Shown: positions 28,533 through 38,380, numbered from the stretch's first letter. The stretch: 64,000 nt of DNA from an uncultured bacterium (GCA_963977015.1 CAXBMO010000001.1:160001-224000), one strand, 5' to 3'. Translations and numbers: made by a program. The notes: a model not told the origin generated them from the sequence alone.

Positions 28533-29294
28533 ATGACTCCAAACGCCTCCACATGCCCCATTTGTCATCGCCGCCGATTCCTTGAGCGTGCAACGCTTGG
28601 TGTGGCCGCATTCTTTACGGTCCCGGGAGCTTTTGCCGAGGCCCTCTCTAAAACTCCGTTCCAAACCGAGGGGCCTTTTTACCCCGACAAGCTTCCGTTG
28701 GACACTGACAACGATCTCATCTTGATCAACGATTCCGTTGACCCGTCAGTCGGCGAGATCGTGCATTTGCATGGACAGGTTTTTGATGTGAGCGGGGAAC
28801 CTGCGAAAGGGGCGGTTGTAGAAGTTTGGGAGGCGGATGCAAACGGAAACTATATTCATAGTGGAGGCGCAGCCAAAGGGACGGAGCGGGACGGAAACTT
28901 TCAAGGTTATGGCCGTTTCCTGACAGGAAGCGATGGCCGCTATTATTTTCGGACCATCAAGCCTGTTCCCTATGGCCCCCGGACTCCCCACATCCACATG
29001 GCTGTCCAGCGTGGCGGAAAACGGGTTTTGACGACTCAATGCTATGTGAAAGGTCATGAGTTGAACCAAACAGACCGCATTCTCAACTCCGTTACCGATC
29101 CCAAACTCCGGGATTTACTGATTGCGGATTTTCGTCCGATGGAGGAATCCGCGACCGGAGACTTGAGCGCGAAGTTTGATCTTATTGTCGGAGTTACTCC
29201 GGAAGATCGCGACAACGACAGAGGTCGTCGCGGACCAGGAGCGGGCTTCCGTCCCGACGGGAAGCGGCCTCCACGCCCTCAGGAACGGGGTTAG
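28533..29294 (+). CDS. Tat-exported intradiol ring-cleavage dioxygenase-like protein
   Basis: HRRRFL Tat motif; TEGPFYP, VEVWEADANGNY, FRTIKPVPYGPRTPHIH. Confidence 0.9.
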   Translation: MTPNASTCPICHRRRFLERATLGVAAFFTVPGAFAEALSKTPFQTEGPFYPDKLPLDTDNDLILINDSVDPSVGEIVHLHGQVFDVSGEPAKGAVVEVWEADANGNYIHSGGAAKGTERDGNFQGYGRFLTGSDGRYYFRTIKPVPYGPRTPHIHMAVQRGGKRVLTTQCYVKGHELNQTDRILNSVTDPKLRDLLIADFRPMEESATGDLSAKFDLIVGVTPEDRDNDRGRRGPGAGFRPDGKRPPRPQERG

Positions 29295-29620
29295 GCACCG
29301 AAGTATTCCCAGGCGGCTACTGCCAGCCCAATGACGACGGCAAGGCTGCCGGTTATCATTTCAGTGCTCAATGAGACGAAGCCCATGATGGCGCCAATGA
29401 CCGCACAAATGATGGCGAGGCTGTGCCAAATCCGGTCCTTCTTGAAGCTCAGCTCAAATTTGCTGTCCTCGGCAACATGGCGTTTCAGTCGATTGACGGA
29501 TTCCTTCATATCGCTCGCGAAGCGTTCGGTTGTGGACATCTGGTCACGTTGCACAACTGGAATTGCGGCGAAGACGAGGCCAAGGATTGCGACAAGGAGT
29601 CCGTATTTTCCGAAATTCAT
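29291..29620 (-). CDS. Small membrane protein (about 3 TM)
   Basis: Hydrophobic segments; start placed at ATG 29620. Confidence 0.7.
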   Translation of the reverse strand: MNFGKYGLLVAILGLVFAAIPVVQRDQMSTTERFASDMKESVNRLKRHVAEDSKFELSFKKDRIWHSLAIICAVIGAIMGFVSLSTEMITGSLAVVIGLAVAAWEYFGA

Positions 29621-29701
29621 GGTGTTTGTGTAAGGATTTTCTTTTGAAACGCAACTTCCAAGTCCGAAATTGCTCCGTTTCCGCAAAGGAAGAAAAGACC
29701 C

Positions 29702-30253
29702 ATGAAAAACGCGATCTCTCTACTACTTGGATGGTTTCTGGCTGCAAGTTTGGCCCAGGCTCAGGACACCGTTTACGATTTCACGGCCAAAAGCATCGAT
29801 GGGGAGGATGTTGCGATGAAGGACTATGCTGGCAAGGTCCTTCTCATCGTGAATGTCGCTTCCCAATGCGGCTCAACCGGGCAATACGCGGGAATGCAGG
29901 CAATTCATGAAGCACTGGAAGAATTCGGTTTTGCAGTGATGGGGTTTCCGACCAATGATTTTGGTGCTCAGGAGCCTGGATCTGATGGCGAGATCAAGGA
30001 ATTTTGCCAGTCGAACTATGGCGTGACGTTTCCCATGTTTGCGAAAACGTCCGTTAGCGGAGACACGCAGATACCGTTGTTTCGCTATCTGACTTCGGCC
30101 GAGAATCCCGATGGAGCCGGTCCCATTGGGTGGAACTTTGAGAAGATTCTGGTTGGGAAAGACGGCAAAGTCGTTCGTCGCTTCAAAAGCCACCACGAAC
30201 CTGATGATCCGGAATTGCTGAAGGCGATCAAGGAGGCGTTGGGCTCAAGCTGA
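29702..30253 (+). CDS. Exported glutathione peroxidase family protein (Cys type)
   Basis: Signal peptide; GKVLLIVNVASQCG, GFPTNDFGAQEPG, WNFEKIL. Confidence 0.95.
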   Translation: MKNAISLLLGWFLAASLAQAQDTVYDFTAKSIDGEDVAMKDYAGKVLLIVNVASQCGSTGQYAGMQAIHEALEEFGFAVMGFPTNDFGAQEPGSDGEIKEFCQSNYGVTFPMFAKTSVSGDTQIPLFRYLTSAENPDGAGPIGWNFEKILVGKDGKVVRRFKSHHEPDDPELLKAIKEALGSS

Positions 30254-30586
30254 GTTCCCAAACGGCACTTCATTCCATTGAATTTCGCAGGTCAAGCGTC
30301 TCGCGCGGCTTGTCTGACTCCCCGTTTCCCCCTGAGGAGAAGGGTGGGCGAGTGCCTCCAGATTCCTCTTCGGACGACGGCATGAGACCTTCCGCCAAGT
30401 GGCCATCTGAATAAATCCGCATCGATCACGCCTCTTTTAAACAGAAGAGTTGTCGGATTTCCCAGTCTGGAGATGGATTTCCAGGAAATTGCAGAAAATT
30501 GTAATTTTTATTGATATTTAATCATACCAAATTATTTTTCCCAAGCGCCACGTCAGATTTTAGAACGTCCACTTATTCACCCGATT

Positions 30587-31030
30587 ATGCTTTCTCAGTC
30601 CATGCCAAATTCAATTTCCTTCCGGCAAGAAAATCCGCTGCGCCAATTGGCTCAGATTTCGATCCAAGTTCAAACCGGAGCGAAAGAATTGGTCGGATAC
30701 GAGCTGCTGCTCGGCGAAGAAAGCATTTCCTACGTTCACAGCGGGGCGGCCAGCATGGTGGAATCCATTCAGAATCTGGTTCGGAACAGTGCCGGTTCGC
30801 CGGATGTGAATCCGCTTTTTTCTCAGGACGTTCGTCATGATCTGCGCAATCAGGTTGCCGTGGTCAAAGGCTTCACCGACCTAATGCGGATGGATCTGCC
30901 GGAAGAGCACTCCGTTCAGGAAATGCTGGGAGACTTGAGCTCGAAAACGAAAGAGTTTGTCGAGGTTCTCGATTCCATCAAAACGGTGGCTGAAACGGTT
31001 GAGAATGACCAGCTGCCGATGGCAAGCTAA
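30587..31030 (+). CDS. Protein with HisKA-like phosphoacceptor helix and no ATPase domain
   Basis: DVRHDLRNQVAVVKGFTDLM H-box; the ORF ends about 60 aa later. Confidence 0.7.
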   Translation: MLSQSMPNSISFRQENPLRQLAQISIQVQTGAKELVGYELLLGEESISYVHSGAASMVESIQNLVRNSAGSPDVNPLFSQDVRHDLRNQVAVVKGFTDLMRMDLPEEHSVQEMLGDLSSKTKEFVEVLDSIKTVAETVENDQLPMAS

Positions 31031-31096
31031 TGCTTAAGTGCACTGCCGAACCTTTCCAAGGTTTTGGGAATTGGCTCTTTCCCATCGCGACTTGAG

Positions 31097-32824
31097 CTAG
31101 CCAACAATGATTCCTTTGGCTTTCCGTTCAGCCTCTTTTTCCAAGAGCGGAATATTGACTCCCGTTTCCAGAACTGGGACACCCAGGTCTCCAATCTTGC
31201 TGAGGTTGAGCCCTTCAAAAAGTTCGTGTTCTGCAGCCATGAGCTTGAACACATCTTCGATTAGATAGAGGCCGTTGGAGCCGGTCACACCTTGCGTGAT
31301 GTCGCGGAGAATCTCCCAATCATCCCGAGCCTGACCAAATGGTTCGATGGCGCGATTGAGGCGTTGAAGTCGACCGGCAACGTTGATCATGCTGCCGCGT
31401 TTTTCGGCCCAGCTTGCTCCGGGAAGAACCACATCCGCCAGTTCTGCGGTTGGATTCGCAAGAATGTGGGAAAGAAGGAGGAAATCCAGTTTTTCCAAGG
31501 TTTCAGCCTTCCAGCCGGATTCGATCAAGTCCTCTCCGAAGACAAGGAGGGTTTTAATCTCCCCGCTTTCGATTCCCGACTGGATTTCCGAAAGCTTCGA
31601 GCCCGGTTCCTTTAGTCCGAGGATGGATTTGGCGCCGTTGGTGTTCGGATTACGATCTGCCGAAATCAGGTAGTTATCTGCCTCTTGAGTGTGAGGCACG
31701 ATGTCGATGCGCGAAGTTCCCAGGCCATTCGCGAGGCGTTTGAGCATGAACAACTCCTCATTGGTCATCTTGCCGGAAGCAACGATCGCGATTTGCGTTC
31801 CGTCGGCGTCTCCAAGTCCCAACGCGACTTTGGCGAACGCATCCTTCCACGTTGCGAGGTGATGTTTGCCGTCCTTCTTGATCATCGGGTCCGAAAGCCG
31901 GTCCGGAGAATCGACGTAATGGAAATTCAGCCGGTGAGAATCAGGGATCCAGCACGAATTGACGTCGTTGTTTTCCCGTGGCGTGATCCGATAAATCTTG
32001 TCTTCCCGCGAATGGATCAGGATGTTGGTCCCGGTTCCGCAATTAACGTCGATGGACGGGGTTTCCTTCAGGAACCAAACCCGCATTTGAAAGCGGAAAT
32101 CATTGGAGGTAAGGGCTCCCACCGGACAAATGTCCGCCGTGTTGAGGGAGTAATTGTTGGCCAATTCCTTGCCTGGAGCGACCGCCAACGTGGTGTGGCT
32201 GCCTCGTTCCGTGAATCCGAGCACCGGATCTTCAACAATTTCATCACAGAAGCGAATGCAGCGACTGCACATGATGCAGCGCTCGTCGTCGAGAGTAATG
32301 CGGGGGCCGATCTCCACATTTTTCGGTTTCTGGACCTTTTGCTCGCGAAATCTGGACTCTCCGCTGCCGTGCTCAACGCTGAATTCCTGCAAACGGCATT
32401 CGCCGGCCTGATCACAGATTGGGCAATCCAACGGGTGGTTGATGAGGAGAAATTCCATCACGCCCTTGCGGCATTCTTCCGTGAGGAGGCTGTCGGTTCG
32501 GATGCCCATTCCGTCGGCGATGGTGTTGGCGCATGCGATTGCTGGGCGTGGGATCCACTGGATCGGCAAATGGCCTTCCGCATCCGGTTCCGGCGGATCC
32601 TGCCCCGGGCGTGGTCGAGGCGGCATACCCATTTCCACCAAACACATCCGGCAATTGCCAGGGCTACTGAGCTTGGGGTGGTAGCAATAGTGTGGCACCT
32701 CTTTGCCGACTTGCTTGCAAGCTTCAATCATCCGGGTTCCTTTCGGAAACTGGTGCCACTCCCCGTCAATTTGGACGTTGAACATGGGGACTTCTGAGGG
32801 CTGGTCTGGATCGGCGGCGGCCAT
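31097..32824 (-). CDS. nuoG: NADH-quinone oxidoreductase subunit G-like
   Basis: PHYCYHPKL..GNCRMCLVE, NHPLDCPICDQAGEC, RCIMCSRCIRFC, DICPVGAL; start placed at ATG 32824. Confidence 0.92.
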   Translation of the reverse strand: MAAADPDQPSEVPMFNVQIDGEWHQFPKGTRMIEACKQVGKEVPHYCYHPKLSSPGNCRMCLVEMGMPPRPRPGQDPPEPDAEGHLPIQWIPRPAIACANTIADGMGIRTDSLLTEECRKGVMEFLLINHPLDCPICDQAGECRLQEFSVEHGSGESRFREQKVQKPKNVEIGPRITLDDERCIMCSRCIRFCDEIVEDPVLGFTERGSHTTLAVAPGKELANNYSLNTADICPVGALTSNDFRFQMRVWFLKETPSIDVNCGTGTNILIHSREDKIYRITPRENNDVNSCWIPDSHRLNFHYVDSPDRLSDPMIKKDGKHHLATWKDAFAKVALGLGDADGTQIAIVASGKMTNEELFMLKRLANGLGTSRIDIVPHTQEADNYLISADRNPNTNGAKSILGLKEPGSKLSEIQSGIESGEIKTLLVFGEDLIESGWKAETLEKLDFLLLSHILANPTAELADVVLPGASWAEKRGSMINVAGRLQRLNRAIEPFGQARDDWEILRDITQGVTGSNGLYLIEDVFKLMAAEHELFEGLNLSKIGDLGVPVLETGVNIPLLEKEAERKAKGIIVG

Positions 32825-32957
32825 GTTAGAAATACCTAAAAACCCACGATGCGACAGGCAAAAACAGCGGCAACCTGAATTTGTGAAATTTTTCACAAAG
32901 TCGGTTTGATCCTTTGCGCTGCCTGCATTCGATTGATGCAAGCCTTCATCACATCCT

Positions 32958-33470
32958 ATGATGCCTACACTTCTCAGCGATATAGCTGGCAACAACACCT
33001 ACGTCTGGGAGTTGGTAATTCTGGTCTTGATACTGATCGCGATCTTCGCCGCCTCGTTCCTCAGCGATGAACCGGACGATTTGGAAGCTTCCGGCGGTGA
33101 TGCCGAATCAGAGGATGAACCGGATGAAGTTCCAGTCGTCGAAACGGAGGAGGCACCGGAAAAGGACGTGGATTTGGTCCACGCTTCCGGATTGTCGAAA
33201 CTCTCCAACACCCGTTCCGACAAGGATTTGGGCTTGGTTTTCGAATCGACTCCGGATGTGGTTGATGATCTCACCAAGATCAGCGGTGTGGGCAAGGTCC
33301 TTCAAGAGAAGCTCAACGATTTTGGGATCTATCGTTTCGAGCAGATTGCGGCTTGGGACGAGGCCGTGATTGCCGAGTTTTCCAAGCGTCTATCGTTCAA
33401 GGGACGGGTGGAGCGCGAGAACTGGGTAAGCCAGGCGGAGAAACTGGCGGAAGAGGTTCGCGGCAGTTGA
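32958..33470 (+). CDS. Membrane-anchored helix-hairpin-helix domain protein (NuoE C-terminal extension / COG3743-like)
   Basis: TM helix, acidic linker, DDLTKISGVGKVLQEKLNDFGIYRFEQIAAW...GRVERENWVSQA. Confidence 0.85.
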   Translation: MMPTLLSDIAGNNTYVWELVILVLILIAIFAASFLSDEPDDLEASGGDAESEDEPDEVPVVETEEAPEKDVDLVHASGLSKLSNTRSDKDLGLVFESTPDVVDDLTKISGVGKVLQEKLNDFGIYRFEQIAAWDEAVIAEFSKRLSFKGRVERENWVSQAEKLAEEVRGS

Positions 33471-33557
33471 GCTGCCTTTTAAAGCAGCGAAGCCCCCATG
33501 GCTAGGGACCATGGAGGCTGCGTGCGTTATGTTTCGAGTTGCCGATCTTGGCGAATT

Positions 33558-34622
33558 TTACCGGGAAAGGTCAGGCCGAGGTTCCCAAACGCGTGTTTTG
33601 AGCTCGGCCTCGAAGGCCCGCTGAATTGGTTTCGATCCCGTGACAGGGGTCAAATTCCGGCTTGGAGCGATCACGTCGGGAGCCTGAATTCCGGACCCTG
33701 CATAGGTTGACCATTCGGAACTTGAGGCCACCTCTGAATTCCTTTGGCCCAGGAACGTGAAGGAAAGGATCAGGCTGACCGAGGCAAATGCGGCAGCTGT
33801 GGTAACGAAGACGATTTGGCGACGAAGGCTGCTGGGATTGAGCGGGAGCCGCTTGGAGGTCGATTTTCGGTGGAGTTCGTTTGAGGTTTTTGGGCGGGCG
33901 AGGCAAACCGGAGCCGGTGATTGGGGGCCTCCGGGGAGTATCTCCAATGGTCGCTCGCTATCCGGGAGCCGAATGTGATGCGGGCCGTCCAAAGACTTCT
34001 CCAGAAAATCGATGGCGCGACAGAAACGGAGAAAGGCCTGGTCGATGACCAAAAGGACGGAAATGTCTGGCGACTCCGCCAGTTCGCTCATGATTCGCAA
34101 GAAACTGATTCGCTCGGAAGGGGGAATTTGTTCATCGAAGAGCAACTCCAGCTCATCGACGATGCAGGTGAGGCGGGTGCGCTTTTTGTGATTCGACAAC
34201 TCGGCTTTCACCATCGCGGCCCATCCGGCCGCCGGGATGGATTGCAGGTCGCAGCGTTTCAGGGCTGGGAAGAGTTGCTCCAGAATTTGCGCTAATCCGC
34301 CAAGTTGGCTCCTCCCTGGTTGTGGAGAGAATATTGCCAGGACTCCGACCGAAGGCCGGGTGGAGAGCTCTTGGATCACACTCTTCACAATATTCGGCAT
34401 CTCCGAAGTCTGGGGCCCAGATAGCCAACAGGCGGACGCGGTTGCTTTGGAAGGGGGAACCGGGGCGAGAGCTCCAATCAGGTTTTTACGGATCGCATCG
34501 ACAAATTCCGGTTCGATTGGTCCGGGGATCTGAGAAGAAAGGGGGCGCAGCGGTGGCGATGGCTCTGGGGAAAGAGAGGGCACGGGCTGAGTTGGATTGG
34601 GTTTATTAAAGTTGAATCGCAA
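33558..34622 (-). CDS. Degenerate nSTAND1-like P-loop domain with a C-terminal TM helix
   Basis: IVDELELLF (cf. DQFEELF), ERISFL, VLLVIDQAFLRFC; the Walker A position reads SGPQTSEMP. Start codon uncertain. Confidence 0.6.
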   Translation of the reverse strand: MRFNFNKPNPTQPVPSLSPEPSPPLRPLSSQIPGPIEPEFVDAIRKNLIGALAPVPPSKATASACWLSGPQTSEMPNIVKSVIQELSTRPSVGVLAIFSPQPGRSQLGGLAQILEQLFPALKRCDLQSIPAAGWAAMVKAELSNHKKRTRLTCIVDELELLFDEQIPPSERISFLRIMSELAESPDISVLLVIDQAFLRFCRAIDFLEKSLDGPHHIRLPDSERPLEILPGGPQSPAPVCLARPKTSNELHRKSTSKRLPLNPSSLRRQIVFVTTAAAFASVSLILSFTFLGQRNSEVASSSEWSTYAGSGIQAPDVIAPSRNLTPVTGSKPIQRAFEAELKTRVWEPRPDLSR

Positions 34623-34828
34623 TGTTGCGAATGTAACTCACCAAATCTTAGAAGTCGATAAAAATTAAATACCAATATTGCTGTTTAATTGCTATTTTTT
34701 AAAATTATTGATTGCTTGTGATTTCAGGGATGCTGAAATTTGAGATATCCTGTCGTGCTCAGCGAACTTTCTTGCTTGGCGAAAAATGCGCTTCAAATTT
34801 TGCCTAACTCTTGTAAGATCCAAGGATC

Positions 34829-35347
34829 ATGCGCGAGTTCGCTTACATTCACGAAGAGGGAAATATTCCTGAAACTCTCCAAGGAGTTCCGTTTCTGGAA
34901 TCCTTTGAAAATCAACACCTTGACGATGTCCTATATTCCAGCAGCATCATTGAATGCGACGCTGGAGACGTTGTGATTGAAGAAGGTGGGAGCGGTTCGC
35001 GGATTTACATCCTCATGGCGGGCTCGGTCGATATCAGCAAGCACGGAGAAAAGTTGGCCTCAATCACGAGTCCGGGAGAGATTTTTGGAGAGTTGGCGGC
35101 GCTTGGCGATGAAATGCGCTCGGCCACGGTTTCCTCAACAGGCAAAACGTTCTTGCTCGCCGTTGATCAGAAATTCCTCCAAGACATCAAGCCGCGGAAT
35201 GAGAACCCAAGTTTCTATGCCGCGTTTTATGAGTTTCTTGCCAAAGTCACGGCAAGGCGCCTGAAATCGACTTCAGAGGAACTCAGCCGGTTCGAGCGTG
35301 AATTGCACGAGGCCAAGGCGGAATTGGCCAAGTTAAAGGGAGAATAG
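34829..35347 (+). CDS. Stand-alone cyclic-nucleotide-binding domain protein with coiled-coil tail
   Basis: GDVVIEEG, IYILMAGSV, GEIFGELAALGDEMRSATV. Confidence 0.9.
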   Translation: MREFAYIHEEGNIPETLQGVPFLESFENQHLDDVLYSSSIIECDAGDVVIEEGGSGSRIYILMAGSVDISKHGEKLASITSPGEIFGELAALGDEMRSATVSSTGKTFLLAVDQKFLQDIKPRNENPSFYAAFYEFLAKVTARRLKSTSEELSRFERELHEAKAELAKLKGE

Positions 35348-35364
35348 GGGGAACTCCTGAGTTC

Positions 35365-35901
35365 TCAGGCTCCCTGGAGGAGTTTTTCGCGGCAGCGGGC
35401 AATCTCGATCTCGTCGGCGGTGGACCGCTGAATGTGCATGCTGTCCAGCAACTCGCCCACGTCTTTTCTCAGGCTCGTCCACGCTGTTTCTCGGTCTGGC
35501 CAACAAGCTTTCACATGACCAAATAGACTTTCGATACGTCCCGCGATCGTAACGTATCCTTCGTAAAGGCCCATCGAGGATCGAATTTTAGGATTGGATT
35601 TCAGGGCATTGACGATGTCGGTCACTGGGTTCAAGCCGTGAAGGCAGGCCTGCATCAACTCATCATTCAAGATCTCTGAATCTTCCGCTCTCAGGTTTTT
35701 GGACGCCTTCCAAACCGTATCCAAACAAAGCCCGATGGCTTCTTCCGCAACCTTGCCTGCCTGGTAGGGATGCCCCTGTTCCAAGACCTTGAAGAGAGGC
35801 TCGAACTCTTGCGAGTAGTTGTCAGTCCTCTTGGCGAGTTGGCCCTCCGGTAAGAAAAAGTCGCTTGAAGGTTTGGTGGGTTGGGGTGAGACGGAAGGCA
35901 T
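35365..35901 (-). CDS. Hypothetical alpha-helical protein
   Basis: 178-aa ORF downstream of the MMPL gene; no recognisable motif. Confidence 0.65.
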   Translation of the reverse strand: MPSVSPQPTKPSSDFFLPEGQLAKRTDNYSQEFEPLFKVLEQGHPYQAGKVAEEAIGLCLDTVWKASKNLRAEDSEILNDELMQACLHGLNPVTDIVNALKSNPKIRSSMGLYEGYVTIAGRIESLFGHVKACWPDRETAWTSLRKDVGELLDSMHIQRSTADEIEIARCREKLLQGA

Positions 35902-35931
35902 TAAACAGGAAGACCAAAAAGCTTAGATTAG

Positions 35932-38343
35932 TCAACTAACTTTAGCACAATTTTGCTTGACCAAAATGCGCCACCAACCCGGTAGGAGGATGACGGCGAC
36001 GAACATGGTGCAAACGATTCCCAATGCGCAAGTCTGCCCCAAACTCGCCAGCCCGGGATGTTGCGACCATCCCAAAGATGCGAAGCCGGCCGCCGTCGAA
36101 AGCCCGCACACCAGCAGGGCCTTGCCTGTGGTTTGGCCAACCACGTCCAGGTTTCCGCCGCTTCTGCGCAAGGCCAGCTGGATGTGGATGTTGTAGTCGA
36201 GGCCGGCTCCGAGAAGGAGTGGAATCGCCATGAGATTGATCTGATTCCAGGCAATTCCCAGGCCACGCATCAGTGCCAGCAGCATGACGCAACTTAGGCC
36301 CAATGTCAGGATGCTGAGGACAACGGCCATTGGTGATCGAAACACGAGAAAGAGCGCGACAAACAGCACTACCGCAGAGGGAAGCACGACAAATCTACTG
36401 TCGTGTTGATAGAGGCGTTCCAGTGTCGGGCCCAGATTGTCCCAGCCCAGAAGTGTGATGCGCGGGTCTGCATCGGCCAGCAAGAGAAGCTCATGGCGGG
36501 TTGAATCCAGCCACACTCCGGTGGTTGATGACACGAGTCCTTTCGCGGTGGGCGGTTCGCCGGGCTCGATTCGGACGGCTTGATTCAGGAGCCAGGTCGC
36601 TTCCGGGAGTTTGCTGAAATCCGGCGACCCTCCACCGGCTTTCGCGGCCCACACGTCAAACGCGTTCCTGGCGAAACCAATCGCCGTTTCTCCAAAGTTT
36701 TCATCCAGCTTCTGCTGAACCATCGGCCACGCGGAGGACAGTTGCTGAATCGCGTCCGGGTCTTGATCGGGTTGCGGCCACAAGGCATGGGGAATGGTGG
36801 CTTTGACTCCGTTGAGTTGTTTAACCTGCTCTTCCCAGGATTCCATCGCGAGCCTGACCGACTCTTCGGTTTCTGCGCGAAACAAAACGGCGATAGGTTC
36901 TGCGCCGCCGGCTCCAAGTTCGCGGCGCAAGTTTTCATATTCGACGGCTGTCTCGGAATAGTTCGGGAGCATGGTTTCCGGTCGAGTGTCCATTTGCGGC
37001 AAGCCGCGATCGTGGAGCGCGTAACTTCCGACCGAAAGAATCACCAATCCCGCTCCGATCGCCCAACGGCTTGGGGCGGCGAGCGATCCCATATTGCGCG
37101 GCTTTCGAAGCTGTTTTCGGGCAATGAGCTGGCGGAAGAATGTCAGGCTCACAACGGAGCCCAGCACCAACCCCACACCAACCAGCGTTCCCAATTGAGC
37201 AATGCCGGGAATCGCGCTCAAGTTCAGTGCCGAGAAAACGACGGCAGTGGTTGCCGTTGCCCAAATTACGGGACGCACCACGGCTGTCTGATAGGTGTCG
37301 CTCGGATCGGATGGCTGTACCTGTTCCTGATAAACGATCACATTGTAGTCGACCACCAGCGCAATCAGGATCGCCGCGAACCCGATGCTGATGGCATTGA
37401 GTTCGCCGTAAAGCAGTCCGCCAAAGGAAATCGTCGTCAGGCAGGTGATGGCCAGTCCAATCGTCAGAACAATCAATGGATAGGCCGTGCGATAGACGAG
37501 CAAGAAGAGGAAGAGCACAATTCCAAGCGTAAACACGGCGGAGTAGATCAACTCCAGCCGCATCGTTTGATTCAACTCGACCACATAGGGAGCGTAGCCG
37601 CTGATCAGGATCTCCTCCGGGGTGAACTCGGTCCCGATGCTTTGTTTCCAGGATTCGATTCCCGCTTCAATTTTCGCCTGCCAGGCTGCCATTTCCGCGG
37701 CTTGATTTCGATCGCCGGGAAAATCGATGAGGATGGCCCGCAGGTTCTCGGAACCGAACTCCAGTCCCTCGGTTTGAGCGGAATCAGGCCTCGGCAATCC
37801 CGGGATTTGCGCCAAGCCGAGAGGATCGATGGCGAGAAATGCTTCTTCGGGTTCCAGCGAGAACGACGTCGCCAAGATTTCGAGCGCGGCGTCGATCGCG
37901 GAGTCGACTTCCCCCGGATTCGTCAGTCGTGCGGCCAAATTTCGCAATTCGGCTTGCGGACTGTTCAGCCATCCAAGGCCGGCGAGGGCGCCCATTTCTT
38001 CCAGACCTTCATCATCCTCCCACGGGAAGCGTTCCCGGACTCGATGTTCCAATTCGGGATACATTTCGCGAAGGAAAGCGGCCAGGCTTTCCGCGATTTC
38101 GCGCGGATCGCCGTCAGGAGTTGCCCGGACGGCTACAACCAGGTCGTTCTCTTGCAAAAAGTGACGCTGGTAAACTTCCCGCGCTTCGATTTCCGGTTGG
38201 TCTCGCGGAAGTGCGCTCAGGGGATTGGAGCTGAATTCCGTAAAGCGGCCCGTCACCCAGGTCAGTCCTAAAACCACACCGAGGCTGGCGAGAAGGACCC
38301 ATCTATTTTGCGCAGCTTTCAACTCGTGCCTTCCAAGCCTCAA
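35932..38343 (-). CDS. MMPL/RND-family membrane transporter
   Basis: Two TM repeats with ALVVDY and GAGLDY motifs; TATTAVVFSAL, STAAGFASL. Confidence 0.88.
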   Translation of the reverse strand: MRLGRHELKAAQNRWVLLASLGVVLGLTWVTGRFTEFSSNPLSALPRDQPEIEAREVYQRHFLQENDLVVAVRATPDGDPREIAESLAAFLREMYPELEHRVRERFPWEDDEGLEEMGALAGLGWLNSPQAELRNLAARLTNPGEVDSAIDAALEILATSFSLEPEEAFLAIDPLGLAQIPGLPRPDSAQTEGLEFGSENLRAILIDFPGDRNQAAEMAAWQAKIEAGIESWKQSIGTEFTPEEILISGYAPYVVELNQTMRLELIYSAVFTLGIVLFLFLLVYRTAYPLIVLTIGLAITCLTTISFGGLLYGELNAISIGFAAILIALVVDYNVIVYQEQVQPSDPSDTYQTAVVRPVIWATATTAVVFSALNLSAIPGIAQLGTLVGVGLVLGSVVSLTFFRQLIARKQLRKPRNMGSLAAPSRWAIGAGLVILSVGSYALHDRGLPQMDTRPETMLPNYSETAVEYENLRRELGAGGAEPIAVLFRAETEESVRLAMESWEEQVKQLNGVKATIPHALWPQPDQDPDAIQQLSSAWPMVQQKLDENFGETAIGFARNAFDVWAAKAGGGSPDFSKLPEATWLLNQAVRIEPGEPPTAKGLVSSTTGVWLDSTRHELLLLADADPRITLLGWDNLGPTLERLYQHDSRFVVLPSAVVLFVALFLVFRSPMAVVLSILTLGLSCVMLLALMRGLGIAWNQINLMAIPLLLGAGLDYNIHIQLALRRSGGNLDVVGQTTGKALLVCGLSTAAGFASLGWSQHPGLASLGQTCALGIVCTMFVAVILLPGWWRILVKQNCAKVS

Positions 38344-38380
38344 CTCTGGCAGAAATACAAACTGAATTCTTAAGTTGTCC

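Noticed and set aside
29867-29910. Selenocysteine or relic SECIS in the glutathione peroxidase
   Set aside because: The codon is TGC and no stable hairpin follows.
30254-30480. Possible ~50-aa minus-strand ORF or structured RNA after the GPx gene
   Set aside because: No motif, terminator or second copy to support it.
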